Assembly (NCBI GenBank): GCA_035395685.1
Contig: DAOPBR010000010.1
Span: forward strand, 4 to 64,003
Direction of reading: 5' to 3'
Length of the DNA stretch: 64,000 bases
Source: Spirochaetota bacterium
GTDB taxonomy: Bacteria; Spirochaetota; UBA4802; JAFGJZ01
The notes under the pieces were generated by a model. It had not been told where the DNA came from and did no database searches. It worked only from the letters and a program-made list of their open reading frames with translations. Every line of letters begins with the position of its first letter. Positions within the stretch are counted from its first letter, which is position 1. Made by a program: the position numbers and the translations under genes. This document shows, one piece after another, positions 1 through 7,549 of this stretch.

Positions 1-320
1 TGTTTATTGAAGTCGGTTTTTCTTTTGTCGTCTTTGCCGACATAAAGAAGTCTTTTAACTTCGCGCCCTTTTACAATATGTTCTGCTACAATTTCTTTCG
101 CATCTTCTGGAACGACCTGAACATAAAAAGATTCTTCCGGAAGAATCTTTACAATAGGCCCCTGTTCGCAGAAACCGAAGCAACCGGTTTTGATAACCTG
201 AACATCATCCTGAAGCTTGTGAGCCTCGATTTCCTTTTTGATGTTCTGAAATATTTCATCGGCTTTACTGGATTCGCAGCCGGTTCCGCCGCAAACAAGT
301 ACATAGTTTTTTAAAGCCAT
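1..320 (-). CDS. NuoF-like (HydB-type) subunit of a multimeric [FeFe]-hydrogenase. Only the N-terminal thioredoxin-like [2Fe-2S] domain is present; the gene runs off the left edge.
   Basis: Own reverse translation from ATG 320-318: MALKNYVLVCGGTGCESSKADEIFQNIKKEIEAHKLQDDVQVIKTGCFGFCEQGPIVKILPEE... with a 4-Cys pattern. A GGGGGA RBS lies upstream. It follows the NuoE-like and 2Fe-2S genes. The listed + ORF 78..314 is its antisense shadow. Confidence 0.7.
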   Translation of the reverse strand, partial: MALKNYVLVCGGTGCESSKADEIFQNIKKEIEAHKLQDDVQVIKTGCFGFCEQGPIVKILPEESFYVQVVPEDAKEIVAEHIVKGREVKRLLYVGKDDKRKTDFNK

Positions 321-334
321 ATTTTCCCCCGTAA

Positions 335-727
335 TTATTTCTTGATAATATCAACAGAAGGCTTGTCGAATACGTGATCGCTGACCAGCTTCTTGTTCAT
401 AATATGATCTGTAACGATTTTTGAAGCCACGTCCGCGTTGACATTGCCGTAGATAGTTGCAGGCATATCAGCCATCTTTATCTCAACAGTCGGTTCGTTC
501 GAGCAGTAGCCCATGCATCCTGTCTGACGCACAATTACGTTTTTAAGTTTCTGCTTGTCTATTTCTTTGAGAAAAGCTTCGAGGCTGTCTTTTGCCCCTG
601 CAGCTATACCGCAGGTACCCATACCGATTACTATTTCGATATCCTTGCCTTCGGTTTCTCTTTTTTCAATTTCATGTTTCTTTTCTTCTCTCAGTTTTCT
701 GAGATCATCAAGAGTAAGTTTTGGCAT
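335..727 (-). CDS. Thioredoxin-like [2Fe-2S] ferredoxin of the hydrogenase operon
   Basis: Motifs GMGTCGIAAG ... TGCMGYCSNEP. I place the start at the internal ATG 727-725 (MPKLTLDD...), preceded by a GGGGGA RBS. The longer listed ORF start at 784 would overlap the upstream gene. Confidence 0.8.
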   Translation of the reverse strand: MPKLTLDDLRKLREEKKHEIEKRETEGKDIEIVIGMGTCGIAAGAKDSLEAFLKEIDKQKLKNVIVRQTGCMGYCSNEPTVEIKMADMPATIYGNVNADVASKIVTDHIMNKKLVSDHVFDKPSVDIIKK

Positions 728-728
728 A

Positions 729-1280
729 TTATTCCCCCTTGCCGGATAATTCGTTTTCATGCGATTCGAAATACGCCTTGGCAAGATTCAGCGAATCAGC
801 TGATTCGAGATCTCCCAGCGCTTCCTTGAGTTCGCTTTTAGTTACCCTGTAAGATTTTCCGTTTTTAATTCTGTTGATCAGAATCTCGTAGTCTCCGCTG
901 AAAAGCAGCAATGATCTGAAAGCCGAGGCAAGATCGCCCTCGGTCGGACAGTCGACGTTTTCAAGATTAAATGAAAACTCAATGGCAGTTCCCATTTCGA
1001 CATCAGACTTGATGTCAAATTCTCCGCCGGCCGCTTCAACAGCCTGAATGAGAAAAGGAATACCCAGTCCAACTTTTCTGTTCTTGTGCTTTTCTCCGTC
1101 GGTAAAGAAAGGATCCTTTGCCTTGGCAAGAGTTTCCTCATCCATTCCCTTTCCGTTATCGCCTACCATGATATTCAGCATTGGAAATTCTTCAATGTAG
1201 TCGACTGTAATAACGGAAGCTTCAGCTTCGATTGAGTTCTGAACAATATCGGTTAAAAAATCAGATACGGAGTACTGCAT
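729..1280 (-). CDS. GHKL/histidine-kinase-like ATPase domain protein without a His-phosphotransfer (DHp) domain
   Basis: N-box NSIEA, G1 DNGKGM and G2 GLGIPF are present, with no H-box. It has a 1-nt TGATG overlap with the NuoE-like gene. Confidence 0.75.
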   Translation of the reverse strand: MQYSVSDFLTDIVQNSIEAEASVITVDYIEEFPMLNIMVGDNGKGMDEETLAKAKDPFFTDGEKHKNRKVGLGIPFLIQAVEAAGGEFDIKSDVEMGTAIEFSFNLENVDCPTEGDLASAFRSLLLFSGDYEILINRIKNGKSYRVTKSELKEALGDLESADSLNLAKAYFESHENELSGKGE

Positions 1281-1765
1281 CAGTTACCTTTAAACTTCGC
1301 AATAATGCCCGGAAGCATATCTTTTGTAAGTTTTCCGAAAACTTCTTTATTAACAGTTATTACAGGAGCAAGTCCGCAGCATCCGATACATCTTACGGCC
1401 TGAAGGGAGAATAGTCCGTCTTCGGTTATTCCGTTTACAGGAAGACCGAGAAGTCTTTCGAATTCAAGGATAATATCCTCGCCGCCTTTCAAATAACATG
1501 CGGTACCCATACAGACAGAAATCATGTATTTTCCAGGTTTTTTCTGCTTAAAGAAATGATAAAATGTCACAACACCGTAAATTTTCGCAAGAGGAGTATC
1601 GATGAGTCTCGAAAGCTCAATCGCAACCTCACGCGGAATATAGCCGTACTCTTCCTGAATCTGGTGAAGAATCATGATGAGATTGCCCGGCTTGTCTTTC
1701 CACTCCTCGATAAACTTCAAAAGAGTGTCAGGAAGCTTTACAGCAGTTCCTTCCTTTTCAAACAT
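1280..1765 (-). CDS. NuoE-like [2Fe-2S] subunit (HydC-type) of an NADH-linked [FeFe]-hydrogenase
   Basis: 161 aa. The Cys pattern CMGTACYLKG ... CIGCCGLAPV is typical of the NuoE/24-kDa family. A GGAGGG RBS is present. Confidence 0.85.
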   Translation of the reverse strand: MFEKEGTAVKLPDTLLKFIEEWKDKPGNLIMILHQIQEEYGYIPREVAIELSRLIDTPLAKIYGVVTFYHFFKQKKPGKYMISVCMGTACYLKGGEDIILEFERLLGLPVNGITEDGLFSLQAVRCIGCCGLAPVITVNKEVFGKLTKDMLPGIIAKFKGN

Positions 1766-1852
1766 ATTTATTCCCTCCTGTTAATTATTCCCTGTACTGC
1801 GTGAAAAAACAAAAACTGTTCACACAGACATAAATTGTCATAATTCAGTTCC

Positions 1853-1880
1853 ATCGTAAAAATTCGGAGTATATTTGCAA
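1853..1880 (-). promoter_or_regulatory. Candidate sigma70-type promoter for the hydrogenase structural genes
   Basis: On the minus strand: TTGCAA (1880-1875), 16-nt spacer, TACGAT (1858-1853). It lies about 90 nt upstream of the NuoE-like start. Confidence 0.35.
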
Positions 1881-1907
1881 GATATTAATTCGCCAAAACA
1901 TCAAAAA

Positions 1908-1925
1908 GTGTGAATTTAATCACAA
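1908..1925 (-). promoter_or_regulatory. Rex- or CRP/FNR-type operator candidate
   Basis: The minus strand reads TTGTGAT-TAAA-TTCACAC. The core TGTGA-N6-TCACA is a perfect inverted repeat. 12 of 14 defined positions match the Rex consensus TTGTGAA-N4-TTCACAA. Confidence 0.5.
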
Positions 1926-1929
1926 GGAA

Positions 1930-2661
1930 TCATTTAAACTCCGTAACGATCCCCTTTTTGCTGATTGCCGCACGTAAGGCTTCTATGGAAAAGTCTTCAG
2001 CTTCTATATAATTGATAACAGATCCAACTCCATCGAGATAATGAGAATCGGAGGAAGAAAGATAACTGTATTTGCCGGAAATCGCGTTCGGATCATATCC
2101 GCGCTTGAGATAATGACGCGAAATTTCAACCGCATCAAAAGGAAAATCAGGAAGATAACCCACCTGATGAATCAGACCGAAGATTTCCCGGTCGATATGA
2201 GCAGGAATGAAAAGTCCGCCGCGCTCATGGACGGTATTTCCGAGCCGTTCATAAGAAATATCAGCGGCTACTCCGAGAAATTTTTCAACCTCGCCCAAAA
2301 TATTTTCATCCGCGTCAACGTAGACCTGATCGCCGTATTTATCCGCCTTGTTCTTAACTTCGGGCAATAGAGAGTAAATATATTCACCGAGCTCAAGCGC
2401 CTTGTCCGGATGATCAAAAAGAGCAAGGCAGTGAATTTCTTCAGCGGTGGTGACTTCCATTCCGAATAGAGCGTGAATGCCGCCGGTTCTGACGCATGCA
2501 TCCCGAAGAGCCGGAGCGTTTAATGCCGAATTGTGATCGGTAATAGCGATAAGATCAAGCCCTGCGGATTTCGCTTTTTCTGCAATCGCAGACGGACTCA
2601 TTTCAAGCGAGGCGCACGGCGAAAGACATGAATGAATATGAAGATCTGCTTTAAAGAGCAT
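1930..2661 (-). CDS. PHP-domain metal-dependent phosphoesterase
   Basis: Motifs DLHIHSCLSPC, ITDHNS, PAHIDR and SSSDSH (PHP His/Asp motifs). 11-nt overlap with the upstream DRTGG gene. Confidence 0.8.
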   Translation of the reverse strand: MLFKADLHIHSCLSPCASLEMSPSAIAEKAKSAGLDLIAITDHNSALNAPALRDACVRTGGIHALFGMEVTTAEEIHCLALFDHPDKALELGEYIYSLLPEVKNKADKYGDQVYVDADENILGEVEKFLGVAADISYERLGNTVHERGGLFIPAHIDREIFGLIHQVGYLPDFPFDAVEISRHYLKRGYDPNAISGKYSYLSSSDSHYLDGVGSVINYIEAEDFSIEALRAAISKKGIVTEFK

Positions 2662-2992
2662 TTTCCATAATTGCTTTTTTTATTTTATAGGAAATTTCAA
2701 ACTGATTATCTTTTGTCTGAGCGATTGCAATACCCTCGCCTTCGGCGGTATCGATTACCTCCTGCGGAACACTCCGGCCGTTGCATATTACAATTGCAGG
2801 AAGATCAAACTGCGAAGCAACGGCGACAGAATTCTTATGCGCCTGAATGGTAACAAGAACTGAACCCTCTTCAGCATTTGCCATAACATCGCTTAAAAGA
2901 TCAGACGTATATCCCGATTCTATTTCAGGATCCGTTTCACTATTAGTCAGAATTTTTAATCCCGTTTTTTCAGCAAGAGAACTAAGCTTCAT
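2651..2992 (-). CDS. DRTGG-domain protein
   Basis: Motifs SDLLSDVM... VLVTIQAH ... AIVICNGR. Start moved to ATG 2992 (GGAGG RBS 5 nt upstream) instead of the listed TTG at 3004. Confidence 0.7.
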   Translation of the reverse strand: MKLSSLAEKTGLKILTNSETDPEIESGYTSDLLSDVMANAEEGSVLVTIQAHKNSVAVASQFDLPAIVICNGRSVPQEVIDTAEGEGIAIAQTKDNQFEISYKIKKAIMENAL

Positions 2993-3908
2993 CTCTGCCT
3001 CCAAGGTAAATTATTGATTTTATATGAGTGCCTTTTCCAAGTTCGCTTTGTATCTCAAATTCATCAGCAACGCGCTTCGTGTTTGAAAGTCCCATGCCGG
3101 CACCGAAACCCATCGAACGTATCCATTCGTTTGCAGTCGAATATCCTTCCTGAACAACAAGGTCTACATCCTCGATGCCCGGACCGAAATCTACCGCCTC
3201 GATTATTATATTTGATTCATCAATCTCAAATCGCATCTTTCCGCCGTTTGAATGAATGGCGATATTTATTTCAAGCTCATAACTCGCAACAGATGCCCTT
3301 CTGACGACCTGACGTGAAGCATTGAGTCCCTTCAGGATTTTTTTGAGTTCAAAAGACGCCTTTCCGGCATTTTCAAAATCGAATTTCTGAATCGAATATT
3401 CGCGCGTGATGCTTCCGGGAACATCATTTCTTCCATTATTAAGCTTATTTTCGAGTTCGGTAATTTCATTATTGAGCTCATGAAGCAAAGCTGAAAGAAC
3501 GTCGCGGCTTGAAATCATTCCTACGAATTTTTTTTCTTTATTTATTACAGGAAACCGTCTGTACGGATACTTATCAAAATACGAAACAGCAAAGGACAGA
3601 GGCATATCATCCTCCAGGACGATAAGAGACTTCGTCATATAATTGTCTGCCGGTTCGTTTATGTAGCCGTAATCGAGAGCACTGATGATGTCATTGACGC
3701 TGATCATTCCGATGAGACGGTCATCCTCGAGAATGGGAATTCCCGTAACGCCTTTGTCTCTCATTATGTGCTGAATCTGACGGAGATTGTCGTTTTTCTT
3801 CGCGCTGAATATCGTTTTGCTCATCGCATCCTTAACCTTAAGTCTCAGGATAACCTCAAGAACCGCATTGGGCGCCTTATCGGTATTGAGCGGAAAACGA
3901 TGCGGCAT
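2982..3908 (-). CDS. CBS-pair protein fused to a GHKL ATPase (anti-sigma-factor-type serine kinase-like)
   Basis: Two CBS repeats (GIPILEDDRLIGMISVNDI; RRFPVINKEKKFVGMISSRDV). C-terminal motifs YELEINIAIHSNGG, DFGPGI and GFGAGMGL. Confidence 0.8.
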   Translation of the reverse strand: MPHRFPLNTDKAPNAVLEVILRLKVKDAMSKTIFSAKKNDNLRQIQHIMRDKGVTGIPILEDDRLIGMISVNDIISALDYGYINEPADNYMTKSLIVLEDDMPLSFAVSYFDKYPYRRFPVINKEKKFVGMISSRDVLSALLHELNNEITELENKLNNGRNDVPGSITREYSIQKFDFENAGKASFELKKILKGLNASRQVVRRASVASYELEINIAIHSNGGKMRFEIDESNIIIEAVDFGPGIEDVDLVVQEGYSTANEWIRSMGFGAGMGLSNTKRVADEFEIQSELGKGTHIKSIIYLGGRDEA

Positions 3909-3911
3909 CGT

Positions 3912-4256
3912 TTACTCTTTAAAAAAGAGGCGGGAGAGTTTGTGACATGCCTCAAAAACTGGGTATTTTGTTCTGATGAGCGTGATGCCGAGTTCTTTTG
4001 CGAGTTCAACGGTGTCATCAGGAATAGGTTTGCCTGAAGTTACCATCATGGCATTGGCTCCGACCATGTCCGCGGTACGTACAAGCTGGGTCGTGTTGAG
4101 ATTGCTGAGAAGCAGAATCTCTTCTTCTTCGGTGGTGAGAATATCGCTCATCAAACCGCTTGAAACAACCCACTGAACGGTATTGGATTCACCCTCAAAA
4201 ATCATTTCGCCTTCAACGGCGGCAACAACATCACTTATAGACACATTCGGGCGCAT
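3912..4256 (-). CDS. DRTGG-domain protein (second copy)
   Basis: Motifs GLMSDILT ... LLLSNLNTTQLVRTA ... AMMVTSGK. A paralogue of 2651..2992. Confidence 0.7.
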   Translation of the reverse strand: MRPNVSISDVVAAVEGEMIFEGESNTVQWVVSSGLMSDILTTEEEEILLLSNLNTTQLVRTADMVGANAMMVTSGKPIPDDTVELAKELGITLIRTKYPVFEACHKLSRLFFKE

Positions 4257-4385
4257 AACAAATCCTTAACGGGCAGAATAATCGACGTGCTATTGATGCA
4301 CATCTAAAGCTTTTCGGCAAGAATATTTTTGCCGCTGTTTGAAATTATGTAAAACAGATGTGAAATTTGAATCTTTGCGGTTCTA

Positions 4386-6200
4386 CTACAAAGATTCAAG
4401 CTCTGCTTCAAACTCACGGGAAAGCCGGTCAAAGTCCGAGTAGACGGAATCGAATTCACTGTAAAGAGAATCGGTTTCTGCCGAAAGCGCGGCTTTTCTC
4501 TTCGCGGTTTCGGCAATAAGTTTGCCGTCGTTTACTGAACTCGCTTCAAGCATTTCGTTATCGAGTTCGCGAAGCTTTGCCTCGTTTGATTCGATTTGCT
4601 TTTCAAGATCAGTTATTTTTTTCTGCAAAGGAGAAAGAGTCTTTGATCTGCGGTTAATTACATCCGCGCGTTCGCGGCGGTTTTCCTTTCTGACTGAAAC
4701 TTTTTTCTCTTCGCGTTTTTCTTCTTCGTCCCAGCCGTATTTGTCGAGAAACGAACGGTAATCTCCGTCGAAAAAAAACACACTGCCGTTTCTGAAGACA
4801 ATCAGCTTGTCAGCAAGCGCGTGAAGAAACATTTCATTATGCGTAACTATGACGCACGCGCCGTCAAAGGCATCAATAGCCTCAAGAAGCGAATCGCACG
4901 ACTGCATATCGAGGTGATTTGTCGGCTCGTCAAGAAGAAGCATGTTTACAGGCTGAATGAGAATCTTGCCTATCATTACGCGCGCTTTTTCACCGCCCGA
5001 GAGAACATTGATCTTTTTGAGCGCGTCGTCGCCTTCGAACATCATGGATCCGGCGATGTTACGCGCCGCCTGACGGTCGGAAAAATTTATGACTGCGCCT
5101 ATTTCGTCTTCGACTGTTTTTCCGGGATCAAGGCTTGAAATATTCGTCTGGGCAAAATAGCCGGCCTTGACATTCGGATGAATAGATATCTTGCCGGATG
5201 TAGGAGTAAGTTCACCAGCAATTGTTTTTAATAAAGTTGATTTTCCTTTTCCGTTTTTTCCGATGATGCAGATCTTCTCGCCTTTGATAATGTTAAACGA
5301 GAGTTTTTCAAAGAGAAGATTTCCATCTTCGTATCCGAAAGAAAGATCTTCCGCTGTTGATAGAAGCTTTCCTGAAAAAGGCGCACTTGAAAAAGTAAAA
5401 TCAAGGTTTTCAATCGAAGCGAGCTTGTCGCGCTTTTCCATCTTATCAAGCATCTTGATTCTTGACTGAACCATTCCGGCAAGACGCGCCTTGGCACGGA
5501 AGCGGCGTATGAAAAGTTCGGCATCGCGCCTTTTCTTCTCGTCATTTATTCTGGTCTTTTCATATATCTCTTCTTCTTTCGCTATCTGCTCATAAAGCTT
5601 TTCGGTATTGCCTTCAATCTTGCGCAAACTCTGCCGGTGAATCGCCGCCGTATGAGTTACGATATTATCCATAAAGCTTCTGTCATGCGTAATCAGAAGA
5701 ATCTCGCCCTTCCATTCGCGCAGAAAAGAAGCAAGCCATCTTATCGATGAAATATCGAGGTAGTTCGTCGGCTCGTCAAGAAGCAGAAGATTCGGCTCAG
5801 CTATCAGAACCTTGGCAAGATTAATCCTCACTTGGAAACCGCCTGAAAAAAGTTCAGGTTTTTTGTTCATATCTTCTTTACTAAAGCCGAGACCGAAAAG
5901 AATCTTTTCGACCATCCACTGACCGGTTTCGGATGAAATTTCCGATGATGCTTCCTCGAGAAGTGTATTTTTAGAAAAAGTCAGATGCTGCTTAACATAA
6001 CCGTAGGTGTAATCCTTGGGAAACTCGATAGTTCCCTCGTCGGGAGAATCGAGCCCGCAAAGAATGCGCATTAGAGTTGTTTTTCCATGACCGTTTTTTC
6101 CGACGAGTCCTACTCTTTCTTCTGAATTTATATTGAAGCTTATCTCCGAAAAAAGCGATTTTGCTCCGAACGACTTTGAAATATTATTAATACGTACCAT
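4386..6200 (-). CDS. ABC-F family ATPase (two ABC domains, no TM domain, C-terminal coiled coil)
   Basis: Two Walker A motifs (GKNGHGKTT, GKNGKGKST), two signature motifs (FSGGFQ, LSGGEK), an inter-domain linker and a charged C-terminal tail. Confidence 0.9.
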   Translation of the reverse strand: MVRINNISKSFGAKSLFSEISFNINSEERVGLVGKNGHGKTTLMRILCGLDSPDEGTIEFPKDYTYGYVKQHLTFSKNTLLEEASSEISSETGQWMVEKILFGLGFSKEDMNKKPELFSGGFQVRINLAKVLIAEPNLLLLDEPTNYLDISSIRWLASFLREWKGEILLITHDRSFMDNIVTHTAAIHRQSLRKIEGNTEKLYEQIAKEEEIYEKTRINDEKKRRDAELFIRRFRAKARLAGMVQSRIKMLDKMEKRDKLASIENLDFTFSSAPFSGKLLSTAEDLSFGYEDGNLLFEKLSFNIIKGEKICIIGKNGKGKSTLLKTIAGELTPTSGKISIHPNVKAGYFAQTNISSLDPGKTVEDEIGAVINFSDRQAARNIAGSMMFEGDDALKKINVLSGGEKARVMIGKILIQPVNMLLLDEPTNHLDMQSCDSLLEAIDAFDGACVIVTHNEMFLHALADKLIVFRNGSVFFFDGDYRSFLDKYGWDEEEKREEKKVSVRKENRRERADVINRRSKTLSPLQKKITDLEKQIESNEAKLRELDNEMLEASSVNDGKLIAETAKRKAALSAETDSLYSEFDSVYSDFDRLSREFEAELESL

Positions 6201-6219
6201 GATATCACCGCAGATAATT

Positions 6220-6303
6220 CAAAAAGCAAAACAAGCATATGTGTCAAATAATTTAATTCCGGCATGCAGTTTTTAAGCATACCGGAATCAGTTTTGCTTT
6301 TTG
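6220..6303 (-). promoter_or_regulatory. Nested stem-loop in the putative 5' leader of the ABC-F gene
   Basis: Perfect 13-bp outer stem (6220-6232 / 6291-6303). It encloses a 12-bp hairpin (6256-6267 / 6277-6288, one G-U on the minus-strand RNA). The structure ends 19 nt before the ATG. Confidence 0.4.
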
Positions 6304-6448
6304 AAACAATTCTTGGTGATAAATATTGTCCGATCAGCCCAGACTCATCTTTTCACCTGTTTTCATATAATATTCGATCATTTTAGGAAGTCTATTTGTT
6401 GATTTTAATGCCGATCAGTGATATGTTTATAATTCCTGGAGGTTATCA

Positions 6449-7066
6449 ATGAAAATCTCAGCAATTTTATTACTACTTCTTCTATCGTGCACGAAAGGCA
6501 GTTTAACCGAAAATCCGGTAATTTCAGCCTTCGCTGGGGAACTGACAGTAAACGGAAATTCATCCAAAACCGGAACCCTGTTAAAATACGGCGACATCAT
6601 CAAAACTGGGCAAAATTCATTTTGCGAAATAAAACTTAATAAACTCAGTATCATAAAACTTTCTCAAAATACCGAATTCGTTTTTAATATTTCTGAAACA
6701 GAAAATTCGTTCGAACTGCATAGCGGAAGTCTCGCAGGATTAACCCGCAAAAAATTTACCAAACAGGGCACATATTATATAAAAACTCCGACAGGCATAG
6801 CCGCCATAAGGGGAACGGCATATTTCATTCATATCGAATCACCCGACAATACATACTTTTGTGTCTGCAATGGAACTGTTGCAATAAAAGGCGAAACTGA
6901 AGAAACAATCACATCCAATCATCATAAAGCTAGGCGCATCACGAAAAAACCTGATAATAAAATAACTTCAGATAATAACGTTCCTCTGCTTTATCACACT
7001 GATGCTGATATTGATGAACTAGCTGTTAAAATAGGAGAAAAAATCAATTGGAACAATGCCTATTAA
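6449..7066 (+). CDS. FecR-domain lipoprotein
   Basis: Signal peptide with lipobox LLLLSC. FecR-like segment GDIIKTGQNSFCEIKL...IKLSQNTEF...AAIRGTAY. GGAGG RBS. Confidence 0.7.
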   Translation: MKISAILLLLLLSCTKGSLTENPVISAFAGELTVNGNSSKTGTLLKYGDIIKTGQNSFCEIKLNKLSIIKLSQNTEFVFNISETENSFELHSGSLAGLTRKKFTKQGTYYIKTPTGIAAIRGTAYFIHIESPDNTYFCVCNGTVAIKGETEETITSNHHKARRITKKPDNKITSDNNVPLLYHTDADIDELAVKIGEKINWNNAY

Positions 7067-7140
7067 ACCTTTTGTTTTACGGCATTAATTCCGACAATTA
7101 TAGAGCGGGATTCCGTAAATTTTCAAAAGGTGGTTTTCAT

Positions 7141-7284
7141 ATGGAAAACGGTTTTGACATGAAGAAGTGGAAAAACGACACTATCAATCACTACAAAGCA
7201 TATCTTAAGACAATTGATGCTTCTTCAATCGATTATGAGCTCTTCAGAAAAGGAATCGAAGATCTCGAAAAAACTCTGGTATAA
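7141..7284 (+). CDS. Small hypothetical protein (47 aa)
   Basis: The internal ATG of listed ORF 7048..7284 is preceded by an AAGGTGG RBS. A GC-rich hairpin follows. Confidence 0.4.
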   Translation: MENGFDMKKWKNDTINHYKAYLKTIDASSIDYELFRKGIEDLEKTLV

Positions 7285-7296
7285 CGCCGGATAACT

Positions 7297-7323
7297 TTCT
7301 GTCCGCGTTTTCCGCGGACAGAA
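7297..7323 (+). terminator. Hairpin terminator candidate
   Basis: 11-bp stem TTCTGTCCGCG / CGCGGACAGAA with a 5-nt loop. The downstream U-tract is weak. Confidence 0.5.
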
Positions 7324-7488
7324 AAACAGTTTCATTTCAGCTTTAAAATCATTTTCAGTTCAATTACCGCCCGGCAGATCAAAGCTTTATATTGAATAAA
7401 GCAATTTTTATCCCAAATTCAAGCTATGAATCAATATTACTGATTTGTTAAATTAATAATACAAACAGCCGTTTTTACCTTCTCTATA

Positions 7489-7517
7489 TTGACAAAGCCG
7501 GACAGCGGTTCTACTTT
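7489..7517 (+). promoter_or_regulatory. Candidate promoter of the glutamine synthetase gene
   Basis: TTGACA (7489-7494), 17-nt spacer, TACTTT (7512-7517). It lies 33 nt upstream of the start codon. Confidence 0.4.
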
Positions 7518-7549
7518 GACACCATATTATTCAGTCAAAGAGGTGAAAA

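Noticed and set aside
78-314. Listed + strand ORF (78 aa)
   Set aside because: It lies antisense to a far better supported minus-strand reading frame, the NuoF-like N-terminus with a Cys motif, RBS and operon context. It is a shadow ORF.
728-784. N-terminal extension of the 2Fe-2S ferredoxin ORF (listed start at 784)
   Set aside because: The extension overlaps the upstream gene by 56 nt and has no RBS. The internal ATG at 727 has a GGGGGA RBS and leaves a 1-nt gap.
4304-4516. 70-aa minus-strand ORF overlapping the 3' end of the ABC-F gene
   Set aside because: It overlaps the well-supported ABC-F frame and runs into the intergenic region. It has no RBS and a low-complexity translation.
6242-6247. 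Perfect -35 hexamer TTGACA (minus strand) inside the ABC-F leader structure
   Set aside because: No acceptable -10 hexamer lies at 16-18 nt spacing (TTTTGA/TTTGAA). It is kept only as a caveat that could invalidate the leader hypothesis.
7444-7465. AT-rich inverted repeat TTTGT-N12-ACAAA upstream of glnN, as a nitrogen-regulator site
   Set aside because: The arms are only 5 bp in a very AT-rich context, and it does not fit the NtcA (GTA-N8-TAC) or GlnR/TnrA patterns. It is indistinguishable from chance.
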